From NCBI GenBank assembly GCA_963514005.1, contig OY740814.1:14570001-14634000 (forward strand): a stretch of DNA of 64,000 nucleotides, in the 5' to 3' direction. The position numbers were made by a program, and so were the translations under genes. The stretch comes from Raja brachyura (taxonomy: Eukaryota). How positions within the stretch are numbered: position 1 is the first letter of the stretch; each line of letters opens with the position of its first letter. Under the pieces are notes generated by a model. That model worked only from the letters and a program-made list of their open reading frames with translations, was not told where the DNA came from and did no database searches. Below, one piece after another: positions 1 to 12,206 of this stretch.

Positions 1-153
1 GAACTACTTCCTGCATTAATGGCTGGTTCTTTTGTTGTACTTCAGAAATATTCACGGGGAATTAAAATATCAGCACCTGAGGGTTCCCTCCATTGAAATT
101 AATACAGGGAAATTGCACATCATGTGTTCGGCTAGAAGTGGGCTTAAGTAAAT

Positions 154-1918
154 TAGAAACATAGAAACATAGAAAAATAGGTGCAGGAGTAGGCCATTCG
201 GCCCTTCGAGCCTGCACCACCATTCAATGTGATCATGGCTGATCATCCAACTCAGTATCCCGTACCTGCCTTCTCTCCATACCCCCTGACCCCTTTAGCC
301 ACAAGTGCCACATCTAACGCCCTCTTAAATATAGCCAATGAACTGGCCTCAACTACCTTCTGTGGCAGAGAATTCCAGAGACTCACCACTCTCTGTGTAA
401 AGAATGTTTTCCTCATCTCGGTCCTAAAGGAATTCCCCCTTATCCTTAGACTGTGACCCCTTGTTCTGGACTCCCCCAACATCGGGAACAATCTTCCAGC
501 ATCCAGCTTGTCCAACCCCTTAAGAATTTTGTAAGTTTCTATAAGATCCCCCCTCAATCTTCTAAATTCCAGAGAGTACAAGCCGAGTCTATCCAGTCTT
601 TCCTCATATGAAAGTCCTGACATCCCAGGAATCAGTCTGGTGAATCTTCTCTGTACCCCCTCTATGGCAAGAATGTCCTTCCTCAGATTTGGAGACCAAA
701 ACTGTACGCAATACTCCAGGTGTGGCCTCACCAAAACCCTGTACAACTGCAGTAGAACCTCCCTGCTCCTATACTCAAATCCTTTCGCTATGAATGCTAA
801 CATACCATTTGCTTTCTTCACTGCCTGCTGCACCTGCATGCCTACTTTCAATGACTGGTGTAACATGACACCCAGGTCTCATTGCATCTCCCCTTTTCCT
901 AATCTGCCACCATTCAGATAATAGTCTACCCTCATGTTTTTGCCACCAAAGTGGATAACCTCACATTTATCCACATTATACTGCATCTGCCATGCATCTG
1001 CCCATTCACTCAGCCTATCCAAATCACCCTGCAGCCTCCAAGCATCCTCCTCACACCTAACTATACCCTCAGCTTGGTGTCATCTGCAAATTTGGAGATG
1101 TTGCATTGAATTTCCTCGTCCAAATCATTAATATATATTGTAAATAGCTGGGGTCCCAGCACTGAGCCTTGCGGTACCCCATTAGTCTCTGCCTGCCATT
1201 CTGAAAAGGACCCGTTTACTCCTACCCTTTGCTTCCTGTCTGCTCGCCAGTTCTCTATCCACATCAATACTGAACCCCCAATACCGTGTGCTTTAAGTTT
1301 GTATGCTAATCTCTTATGCGGGACCTTGTCGAAAGCCTTCTGAAAGTCTAGATATAACACATCCACTGGTTCTCCCTTATCCACTCTACTAGTTACATCC
1401 TCGAAAAATTCTATCAGATTTGTCAGCCATGATTTACCTTTCGTAAATCCATGCTGACTTTGTCCAATGATTTCACCACTTTCCAAATGCACTGCTATCC
1501 CATCTTTAATAACTGACTCTAGCAGTTTCCCCACTACTGATGTTAGACTAACTGGTCTGTAATTCCCCGCTTTCTCTCTCTCTCTTTTTTAAAAAGTGGG
1601 ATTACATTAGCTACCCTCCAATCCTCAGGAACTACTCCAGAATCTAAGGAATTTTGAAAAATTATCACTAATGCATCCACTATTTCTGTGGCTACCTCCT
1701 TGAGTACTCTGGGATGCAGACTATCTGGCCCTGGGGATTTATCGGCCTTCAATCCATTCAATTTACCCAACACCACCTCCCGGCTAACCTGGATTTCACT
1801 CAGTTCCTCCATCTTATTTGACCCCCGTTCCACTGATATTTCCGGCAGATTATTTATGTCTTCCTTAGTGAAGACAGAACCAAAGTAGTTATTCAATTGG
1901 TCTGCCATGTCCTTGTTC
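154..1918 (-). mobile_element. 5'-truncated CR1-clade LINE (RT domain plus 3' UTR), interrupted
   Basis: ORF pieces with [41 protein letters not shown]; 3' hairpin and (TTCTATGT)n tail at ~154-175; frame broken between pieces. Confidence 0.95.
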
Positions 1919-2192
1919 CATGGCAGACCATTGTGTGGTATTTTAATTGCAAGAAAATCCCTACTTATTTTTTTAAAGACGTGAAGCAAAAGCACAGTGG
2001 TTTTACCATCAGGTATGTTGTGTCCCAGAAACTAATACGTAATTGAACCATGTTGATTAAGACTGACAGGGAAACTGGATGATGCAGTTAGCAGATTGCC
2101 AAATACATGAATGGTAAATCTTGAAATCTCCATTATATATGGTAGGAATTTGTGCGTTAATGGGAAACCTTCCCTTTGGCACCTCTGTCTCA

Positions 2193-2345
<153 letters not shown>

Positions 2346-2889
2346 TTAGAAAAAGCTCTGTAAGGTTTTAACACTTCCTGAACCATTGCACTCCAAACCA
2401 TGGGGGATTAGCAGGGTTTGAGAACTGCAACTAGTTCCAAGGTGTCCTAACTACAGATCTCCTGTTCCCAAAGCATCAGCAACTCTGGGGGTTCGCAGAG
2501 GCTAGAAACAGAGACACGTTGTGTAAGGGGCTTTTGCCAAAATCTGCCATTAACAGTGAGAAAATGGGGAGGAATTTGTGCAGAGATGGAGGCATATTTA
2601 AGGTACTTTAAAACAGAAACACTTGAATCCTACAGCTCAGGTACATCTGTGGAAAGAAAAAAAAGAGTTAATGTTTTAGAAAAACGTCAAACAGATTATA
2701 AGCAAATGCAGAGGCAGGGTAAAGAGGGAAGTGAGAAAAGAATAAATGGTTGTGGCAGGCAGCAGACAGGCAACAACCAAAGGGACAATAGTGCAAAGTG
2801 AAAAGCTGGTGGAAATGAATTAGAAAGAATTGTCAGAAGAGTTGCTCATTCGATACATGAATGGATTGGTTGTCTTAAGAGGAAAGCTT

Positions 2890-3295
2890 CTACAGGCTAA
2901 GTTGTGGATACTGGAGTTTAGAAGATTGAGAGGGGGTGATAGAAGTAAACAAGATCTTGATGTTTCTCGATAGGGTGGGTGTGGAGAGGATGCCTACTTT
3001 ACTGGGTAGATGATCTAAACCAGGGTCACTGATTAAAAATAGGTCCTTTTAAGTCAGAAATTTAGCAAATATTTTGTCTTAGGTGTGTGTCTTTGAAATT
3101 CCTTAAAGGGCAGTGAAAGTAGTCTTTGGAAACTTTTACTATAGAGGAAATGTAGTCTTCATAAGCAAAACATGAAAGGTTACCAGCCGGAGAGGGACAA
3201 AATGGAAAAGTAGAATTGAAGTTATCTTCAGATTCGCCATGATCTTATTAAATGACCCGCTCGTTCGAGGGGCCGAATGGCCACCTCCTGCTCAT
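2890..3295 (+). mobile_element. Degraded CR1 3' fragment
   Basis: ctggagtttagaagattgagaggg... and 3' UTR motif ggggccgaatggccacctcctgctc; boundaries approximate. Confidence 0.65.
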
Positions 3296-4215
3296 GTGTT
3301 CATATATTCCAAATGTGACAAAGACAGGGTTGGATAAGGTGTAAATATAAATAGTAAAATTATTATATTACTTCCTGGAAGATGTCAAATATAGAAGAAT
3401 GTAAAGTGCCCTGCTGGAAGACAAGGTGCTGGCCTCGAGCACATATTGAGCTTCATTGGAAAAGTGGACATGAACAGAGAGCTCAGAGGGGGGATTTGAT
3501 GTAACTGGAGGCTCAAATGTAGGCATTTTGGAGGTGATTACCCATTGCAATTAGTCTCCTCAGTGCTGAGGAAATGATGTTGTGAGCAGCAAGTACAATA
3601 AATGCAGCTGTGAACAGCTTCAGTAACAAATTCACAATCTGATCATCCACATCTGGGAAATAAACCTTATACCAGTGGACTGCAGAGATGCCGTAATCAT
3701 GGTCGTGGTCAGGAACGGACACATCTGACTGTGATAACACTGCTGCTTAATCTATGGAATTAACGGACACTGCTGCTTAATCTATGGAAACTCGTTGCCA
3801 GAGTTCCTCACAACTGTCTCATCCTATTGGCTGAAAAGGTAAAACCTAATCTAGTATGGATTCCATAAACCATGAGGGACAGTGAACATGATCTTCATCA
3901 TGTGAATACTCCAAGACAATTCAGAGAGCAGGACCAGTCACTTTACATGGCCCTTTCAACCTCATTAATGCCTTTAACTCCTGTAGTTGTCAGGGACTGC
4001 GGAACACTCTTAAAAGATTCCCACAGAAATTTGTCTCCATTTTGTTAGCTCCAAGATAGTATGAAAGCCGTGACACCAACCAATAGAAGATTTCAGTGAA
4101 GACCTCATGTGGAACAAGGCTGCATCATTACATTCCCTAATCTTTTCCTTGCAATGCTACAGCTCACCCACCACAAACTTCCTGCAGGTGTAAAGCTGAC
4201 CTTCAGGACCAATGG

Positions 4216-4269
4216 GGGGTGGAAGATTGCAACCTTCACGTGGTCCGCCCTGTTTCGACTAATGCAATC
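4216..4269 (+). ncRNA. Minimal HDV-like (CPEB3-type) self-cleaving ribozyme, predicted
   Basis: P1 GGGGUGG/CCGCCCU with terminal G.U; P2 GAUUGCA/UGCAAUC; P3 ACC/GGU; L3 UUCACGU; J1/4 GU; vestigial P4 UUCGA; J4/2 CUAA with putative catalytic C4259. Confidence 0.85.
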
Positions 4270-4358
4270 AACTCAACGTGCACCAACGGAAGATCAAATA
4301 GACCAAGTTGTCCAACAACTTTAGGCTGTGCACGTCACACAAAAGAAGAAGAAGAAGA
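4216..4358 (+). mobile_element. Short non-autonomous retroposon with 5' HDV-like ribozyme and (GAA)5 tail
   Basis: TSD ACCAATGG at 4208-4215 and 4359-4366; (GAA)5 at 4345-4359; second copy at 11237-11310. Confidence 0.85.
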
Positions 4359-4374
4359 ACCAATGGGAAACTTC

Positions 4375-5035
4375 AACCACTGAGCCTCTGTACTACCCTT
4401 TGTAACTGGATGCTTGACTTTCTAATAGGCAGATCTCAATTGGTGCAGATTGGTAACGACCTCTGCTCCTCAGTGACCATAAACACAGGTGTACCTCAAA
4501 GCTGCGTGCTTATTCCTCTGCTGTACTATCTTTATTTTGTGACTGTGTGGTTCAGTGGTTTTTAACCTTTTTGGCACCAGTACGTGCATACGTGAACAAA
4601 ATACTGTATGTGGTGTGTATCTTTGTTAGGTTCCTAAATATGGGCTCAACAAATTGATATGTTATTTGTGCCCCCGTCATGACCCCCGGCAAAGCCCAAA
4701 CAACCTCCATACGGGGTCACGACCCCCAGATTAAGATCCACTGGTGTAGTTAAACACAGCTCATTTGCCATTGATAAATTTGACAATGAAGCCACTGTTG
4801 GTGGCTGAATCACGCGTGGGGTGATAAGTTAACGTACAGTAGAAATAAAACACCTGGTTGAGTGATGCCACAATCTCTCACTCAACATCAACAAGACCAA
4901 GGAACTAATCATTAACTTCTGAAAGGAGATGCCGGAAGACCACCGGCTACGTTTCATTTGTGGGTTGGTAGTGGAGACTGTCAGCATGCTTCAAATTCCT
5001 TGACGTTAACATTTCAGATGACCTGTGGACCACTT
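4375..5035 (+). mobile_element. Rex1/Babar-type LINE RT fragment
   Basis: ORF text LCNWMLDFLIGRSQLVQIG...INTGVPQSCVLIPLLY, followed by LNINKTKELI-like sequence. Confidence 0.75.
4553..4743. mobile_element. hAT/Charlie-type MITE, 191 bp
   Basis: Imperfect TIRs CAGTGGTTTTTAACCT / AGATTAAGATCCACTG; 8-bp TSD gtgtggtt (4545-4552) / gtgtagtt (4744-4751), 1 mismatch. Confidence 0.75.
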
Positions 5036-5040
5036 CCCAT

Positions 5041-5268
5041 AACTCAGAGAGTGGTGAATCTGTGGAATTCTCTGCTTCAGAGGGCGGTGGAGGCAGGTTC
5101 TCTGGATGCTTTCAAGAGAGAGCTAGATTGGGCTCTTAAAAATAGCAGAGTCAGGGGATATGGGGAGAAGGCAGGAATGGGGTACTGATTGGGGATGATC
5201 AGCCATGATCACATTGAATGGCTCGAAGGGCCGTATGGCCAACTCCTGCACCTACTGTCTATTGTCTA
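5041..5268 (+). mobile_element. CR1 3' end fragment
   Basis: TQRVVNLWNSL...RGYGEKAG, 3' UTR and (CTATTGT)-like tail. Confidence 0.85.
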
Positions 5269-6094
5269 ACTTGGGAGCTATCACTTACCAGCGGTAGACA
5301 TTGATGTTAAAGTTCACCATCGCCTTCATTGTTCCAGCAGAGTTGGTTGACTGAGGTTATCTGAAGATCAAGACTTCAGACCTGTATAAAACTTGTCATC
5401 TACCCTGCTCTATGCTTCAGAGGCCTGGACTTCCTCCAACAGGCATCTCAAAGCACTGGAAATAAAAAAATACTTCAAATTCACAATGGGGAGGAAATGA
5501 TGAGGCACAAGGACAGTTGCTATATTTTATGTGACTGTGTGGGGTGGGGCTGGTTTTTTTGTGGTGACCAAGGAAGACACCAGAAGACAGCAGCGAGAAG
5601 TCTCCCTCCAGAATACCGTAAGGGGAGAGAAATGGACAATGTGGTTTGCAGTGGCATCACAGGGAAGGTGAATAATGGGGTGGGTAAAGGCAGGGAAGAG
5701 CGTTTCTATGTAAACTTCCTTCTTCTATGATTAACTTAGATTTATTTGGAAATCACATTCTCAGGAGGCGCTTGCCCAATCACCTTCTAGGGATTTTGTC
5801 GACCTATCAGTTTCACAGAAAAATGGCCATTTTGGTAATTTCAAAATATTGAGCCCTGACACCTAAGAATTTCACAATTAGTTGTTGCAATTTAATCTAT
5901 TGATGAAAGAATGTCATTAAACTGGCTGATCAAACATCAGCAAAACATGCATTCAAGAACAAAGATCTCTTCAATTTATTTTTAACTAAAGAAACTAAGG
6001 TTTAATGACTGTACAAATGAAGGATTTGCTGTTTTATTTTATCACACCACAAGGTGGCAGGCTCTTCCCAGGTTGATTTCCACTGAAACAGTTA

Positions 6095-6301
<207 letters not shown>

Positions 6302-6409
6302 TTATTGCAAACAATGAAAAATGTCTTGGGTCTTTCCAGCCTTAGTACAGCACACATAGAGTAGAATTGATGTTCACATTTATTTTATGTATTCATTATT
6401 TTGATTACA

Positions 6410-8140
6410 GTTTGGAGAAAACAGGCCCTTTGGCCCACTATGTCTGCACCGATCATGATACCAATATAACTCAGCCCATCTGCCTGCCTGCTATATTTCT
6501 CCATTCCCTGTCCGTTTCTGTGTCGATTTAAATGCCTCTAAAATGTTGCTATTATATCTGGTTCTATCACCTCGTCTGACAGCCCATTCCTGGCATTTAC
6601 AACTCTCTGTGTAAAAAATTTGCCTCGCCCATCTCCTCTGAACTTTCCCCCTTTTTTTAATGTTGATGTTATGCCCTCTACCCTGGGAGAAAGACTAACT
6701 ATCTTATCCATGCTTCTCATATTTATTTAAACCTATATCAAGTCACCCCTCAGCCACCAACAGTCCAGAGCAAACACTCCAATGTTATCCAACCACTCCT
6801 TCAGCTAATGCTCTCCAATCCAGCCAACATCCTGGTATGCCTTTTCTGCACCCTCTCCAAAGCCTCCAAATCCTTCCTATAGTGTGGTGACAAAAACTGC
6901 ACAAGATACTCTGTATGCAGCCTAACCAACATTTTATATAGAGGAGGCTCTCGACTAGGATCTCCTCCATATCCCATGCTTCTCCTTGCCCCTTTCGTAA
7001 CAAGGACAGAGTCCCCCTTGTCCTCACTTTCCACCCCATCAGCATATAATCCTCCAACACTTTCGCCACATCCAACGGGATCCCACTACTGGCCACTTCT
7101 TCCCATCTTCATCCCTTTCTGTTTTCCGCAGAGACTGTTCCCTCTGCAACTCCCTGTTCAACTCGTCCCTTCTTAACCAAACCACCCCCTCCCCAGGTAC
7201 TTTCCACTGCAACCGCAGGAGATGCAACACCTGTCCCTTTACCTCCCCCCTCGACACCATCCAAGGACCCCGACTGTCTTTTCAGGAGAGGTAGAGGTTC
7301 ACTTGCACCTCCTCCAAACTCATCTACTGTATCCACTGTTCCAGATGTTAACTTCTGTTCATCGGCGAGACCAAGCAGGTTAGGTGATAGTTTCGCTGAA
7401 CACCTCCACTCAGTCCGCCTTAACCTACCAGATCTCTCGGTTGGTCAGCACTTTAACTCCCCCTCCCATTCCCAATCTGACCTTTCTGTCCTGGGCCTCC
7501 TCCATTGTTAGAGTGAGGCCCAGCGCAAATTTGAGGAACAGCACCTCTTATTTTGCTTGGGTAGCTTACACCCCAGCGGTATGAACATTGAATTCTCTAA
7601 CTTCAAATAGCCCTAGCTTTCCCTCTCTCTCCATCCCCTCCCACTGCCCAGTTTTCCCATCAGTCTGACTGTCTCCGACTACATTCTATCTCTGTCCCAT
7701 CCACTACCCTGACATCAGTCTGAAAAGGGTCTCAACCCTAAACATCACCCATTCCTTCTCTTTAGGGATGCTGCTTGTCTTGCTGAGCTACTCCTGCATT
7801 TAGTGTCTATCCAAAATTTTATATAGCTGCAACATGACTTCCCGACTTTATACTCAGTGCCCCAACCAATGAAGACAAGCATGCCTTCTTTACTATTTTC
7901 AGGCAGCTATGATCTTACACCCAAGATCTATTTGTACATCATTACTTCAATTAAACCTGCCATTTACTGTATACCTTTTCCTTACATTTGATCTGCCAAG
8001 GTGTAACACCTCACATATCGGATCAAACCCTATCTGCAATTTCTCTGCCCAAATATCCAACTGGTCTATATCATGCTGCATCCTTTGACAACTTTTCCCA
8101 CTAACCATCCTCCACCAATTTCAGCTTCATCTGCAAACTT
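6410..8140 (-). mobile_element. CR1 fragment interrupted by a Penelope-like element
   Basis: LYKMLVRLHTEYLVQFLSPHYRKD and FFTQRVVNA; CR1 sequence resumes after 7826. Confidence 0.8.
6942..7810 (+). mobile_element. Penelope-like element, 3' part (decayed GIY-YIG endonuclease plus terminal repeat with degenerate hammerhead)
   Basis: Encodes LIYCIHCSRC*LLFIGETK...FAEHLHSV (GIY-YIG); degenerate hammerhead ctgaaaagggtctcaaccctaaacatc at ~7720; 16-bp TSD ccaa(c/a)attttatatag at 6926-6941 and 7811-7826. Confidence 0.9.
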
Positions 8141-8141
8141 A

Positions 8142-8506
8142 TGCCCCTGCACCACTTAAGAAACCTGAACGGAAACCCCTGGAGACTTTGCGCCCCACCC
8201 AAGGTTTCCGTGCAGTTCCCGAAGGTTTTTGTCAGTCTCCCTAATGGTCGAAAGTGGTTTCCGCTTCTTCTATGTTCCGGCGATTATTTCAAAAAATTCA
8301 AAACCGGCCGCGACTAAAAATAGGTTGCTGTTTTAAAAATCGGTCATTTTTTAGTCAAAGCCGGTTGCGATGCTAGTTGAAGGTGGTTGCTGGAGGTTGC
8401 AGGTAGTGGAAGGTAAGACCTTTTTTTCACCCAGTTTTATTCCACCAGGGAGGTCTTACCTTCCACTACCTGCAACCTACGGCAACCACCTTCAACTAGC
8501 ATCGCA
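8142..8506. mobile_element. Truncated Harbinger-like MITE with internal 56-bp inverted repeat
   Basis: Starts tgcccctgcaccact after TTA, resembling the termini of the other MITEs here; inverted repeat 8366-8421 / 8451-8506; right TIR not found. Confidence 0.6.
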
Positions 8507-10327
8507 TAGAAGGCAGAAGAGGCCAATTCACTAAATGAATTTAAAAGAGAGTTAAATAGAGCTCATGAGGCTAGCGGAATCAAGGCATATGGCTGATTGT
8601 AGATTATCAGCCATGATCACAATGAATGGCGGTGCTCCTGCACCTATTTTCTATGTTTCTATGTATGCAGTAAATGCTAATAATCTAGACATGCAACTGC
8701 CCATTTCTCAATATGTTCAGCAGATGACACTTCTTTATCACAGTCAGTCATTCCAGCCCTTACTGCCATCACGTAATAGATTGCATCCAGAAGTCAGCCA
8801 GCATGGTCCAGTGGTAGTAAATTGTGAAATGCATGAAAAACAATGTCTGGAAGATGAATAGAGCATTCTTAATGTTCAGTTTCTTCGAGTGAAGCTTTTC
8901 CTTCTGGTTACTTCCTGCCATGCAATGATTTATACATGACAGACTAAAGCCCATTATCAAATGAGGTCGATATAATGAGGGAATGCTATTGTGTCTGTGA
9001 GCAGGCACAATATGGGGATGGGACACACACACACACAGTAACTCGTATTAAAACTTAGCATCTTTTGGTCAGGCACTTTAACCAGGAGGAGAGAAGAGTT
9101 GTACATGTAGATAGGATGAACAGGTCAGGTCTGTGCATGTCGTAATGGATAACTAAACAAACTGCTTAAACAAAGAGGGAAGCTTTTCTCACTGGATTCT
9201 CAAAATAAAACAAATAGAAATAAATCAAAAGAAGAAATAAACCTCAGCATCTAATAACATTAAAAATAAATCTAGCATTACATTAATGTACAATTAAAAA
9301 AAACCTTCCAAACTCTAACTTCTTGTGGTGATCACGTATTTGGGCTTGGATTGGACGCTTTGAGGCATGCCTACTGAAAGTGGCCGACTCACTCCACATC
9401 AGGCTGGAGCTATCGGAAGCTGACTCAAAATGATTGTTTTATACCACTGGTTGCAACATTTCTCCTAACTAACAAGGTCTTTTCTTTGAGTGCAACTATT
9501 CCTCTCCCTCAAAAGCAATAGACGAATTGCTGGTATCATGCACATTTTCAAGCGATTTCTCCAAGTATCTTTGAGTTTTGTAATATGACGTGACCATGGA
9601 ACCTAGTTCTCATTAATGACTTGTTCCAAGGAAGTTCCAGCTCATAGCATCTAATGTTGTAGTGCAGTGATGCCCCATAGCTCCCGGCCAAGGGGAATGT
9701 GAATGATTCTTCGTGGCTCCAGTGATCAAAGGGATCCGGTGAAGCTGCACATTTATCAAGGAGTTATGAAATTTGGAAAACAAAGAACTCCGACATCAAT
9801 TTGTTTTCATCCATTTCAATCCTTTTATCACTCAGGCAAGATCAGGATAATTGTAAAAAATTCTAGATGTGAAATAAGTTCAGTATGATACAGGGGATCA
9901 TGGTCCAGGAGCACAGGCTAGAAGGGAGGTCGAGGCAGATTCAACAACAACTTTAGTGAAATATAGGTTACATTGGGAGGTTCTGAGGGACCAAAACTAA
10001 TGAGAGCATATTTTCAAAACCCACCAGAAAGATTCTCTGGAATGCTTCCATTCCAATCAACCTGCAAAGTTAATTTGAAAATGCCATCTCTGCCTCAGTT
10101 CCCCCGCGTTGGTGCATCTCTGCCAATGATCTGCTGGGTCTCTGGTGAATGGTGCTCATCTCTCAACTGCTTCTGCTACATTTATATATTTATGTTTTTT
10201 TTTTAAACAAGAATCTGCTTCAATCAGGAGTGAAAATCCAAGATAATTCGAATCAAGGGAACCCAAGTGTGAATCTAACACATCGGATTGCTGGTGAGGT
10301 GCTGTATATATACATATCTTCCCATCA

Positions 10328-10543
<216 letters not shown>

Positions 10544-10599
10544 TTATTGAAGGGTTGGAGTTACCTGTATGAATATATACACACACACATACATACCAT

Positions 10600-11230
10600 G
10601 GGGGATTTTTGTTGAAAGCTTTACAAAAGTCCATGTAGACAACATCCTTTCCCCTACCTTCATCAATCTTCTTGGTCATCTCCTCAAAACACTGCAAACA
10701 AGTTTGTAAGACAAGATCTCTATTGCTCAAAGCCATGTTGACTACTCTTAATAAGCTTATGCTTCTCCAGGTGCGGGTAAATCCTATCCCTAACAATTTT
10801 CTTTCATATTTCCTTACCACTCATGTAAGGCTTACTGGCCTATAATTTCCTGAATTGTCGCAACTGCTTTCTTAAACAGAGGAACAGCATTGGCTAGAGG
10901 GTTAGAATAAATGGTTGGAAGGATGAAAGTAGCGGAATGCCACGAGGATCAATACTTGACACACAATCATTTATAATCTTTAGAAATAGTTTGGGGGAGT
11001 GGCAAAGTATAAGACTTCCAAGTTTACCGATGATATGAAAACAGGTGACATGAAAACAGGTGATATAAAAACAGGTGGGATGGCATGATTTGATGAGGAT
11101 ATTTGGATCTACAACCAGATACAGGTAGGTTGAGGGAGTGGGTGAAAACTTGGCAAATAGATTTTAATGCAAAAAAGTGTCAGGTCACACAATTCGGTAA
11201 CAAGAATCAAAAGGCAGATTAACTAAATGC
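10600..11230. mobile_element. Two degraded CR1 RT fragments (minus ~10600-10895, plus ~10900-11230)
   Basis: FEEMTKKIDEGRGKDVVYMDFCKAF on minus; KFTDDMK and WQIDFNAKKC-like sequence on plus. Confidence 0.7.
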
Positions 11231-11236
11231 AGAGCA

Positions 11237-11310
11237 GTGGGAGATTGCAACCTTCACGTGGTCCACCCTGTTTCGACTAATGCAATCAACCCGACGTGCA
11301 CAAACAAATA
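11237..11310 (+). mobile_element. Truncated second copy of the HDV-ribozyme retroposon
   Basis: gtgggagattgcaaccttcacgtggtccaccctgtttcgactaatgcaatcaac is near-identical to 4219-4272; lacks the first three G of P1 and the tail. Confidence 0.85.
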
Positions 11311-11750
11311 GGTCAAAGTCAGCACATTTCTGGGAAAGATGCACATTTTGTGTCTTTAGCATTGGTAACCTATTGACTCGATATTACAAAGCAGTTTAGG
11401 AAATGCCATGTCATACGGTATTATAGAAAACCACATCCACAGGAGTCTCTGCTTTTGACACCAAGGACACTTGCAGGTATAATAAAGGCATTTCAGTGTA
11501 CACCACAGGACTGAAGAATCAGCTCATGAATCCCTGAGGAAACTCAGTGCAATAAAATGGACAAGGGGCAAGTGAGGGCAGTTAGTGTGAGAAATTCAAA
11601 AAATGCAATCATACCAAGACTGCAGACTCAGCACCTGTCACACAGCTCCAAGCAGAGATGAAACACAGAGCATCGAGGTAACAGCCTCATTGAGATAAGA
11701 GAGAAACAAGTGACTGCAGCAGCTTCAGTACACTGTGTAACATAAAGTAA

Positions 11751-12206
11751 AAGGCCTGTCCCACTTGGCTGTCATTTGCGCTTCATTTACGGGTTATATG
11801 TAAAATAGGCCGACGTGTCGTGATGCGCGACGTCGCGCGCAAATCACGCGTCTGTTGCGCGTGACATCATTAGAATACCCTGCGGCGTGTGGCGACGCAT
11901 GGTTACGGACGTCGACGTAGCCATGTGTCACCACACGATACACGTGAGATGTCGGGACGCCAGCGTGAAACGCCAATGCGTCAGCGCGCGTACACGATAC
12001 GACACGCGGATGCCACGCGAGGTTTTAGTTACACTACAAAATCCTGGAGCGCCGCACGATATCGCGCATCACCGCATGTGATTCCACGCCTCACCATGCG
12101 CAATGCGTGCGTCACCCACGCGCACTCCACGTGTCATGACGCGTCGACCTATTTTACATATGACGCGTAAATGAGGCGCAAATGACGGCCAAGTGGGACA
12201 GGCCCT
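11751..12206. mobile_element. PIF/Harbinger-type MITE, CpG-rich, 456 bp
   Basis: ~40-bp imperfect TIRs A(A/G)GGCCTGTCCCACTTGGC(T/C)GTCATTTGCGC; TAA TSD at 11748-11750 and 12207-12209. Confidence 0.9.

Larger units (their letters stand above)
4075..5470 (+). mobile_element. Old RTE-clade LINE fragment split by nested insertions
   Basis: Degenerate V(E)QGCII..LF and FRTNG/KL motifs at ~4110-4375; RTE-like RT sequence resumes at ~5270-5470; boundaries approximate. Confidence 0.55.

Noticed and set aside
3737-3789. 23-bp tandem duplication (similar 18-bp duplication near 45680-45715)
   Set aside because: Ordinary slippage or repair duplications with no further structure.
7715-7750. Hammerhead in the coding Penelope copy (also those at ~39.7, 44.6 and 58.8 kb)
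   Set aside because: Core nucleotides are mutated (GAAA to TAAA/AAAA, CUGANGA altered), so not called functional.
11794-12170. Overlapping ORFs in the CpG-rich segment
   Set aside because: Stop-poor because of GC content within a TIR-bounded MITE; no recognisable domain.
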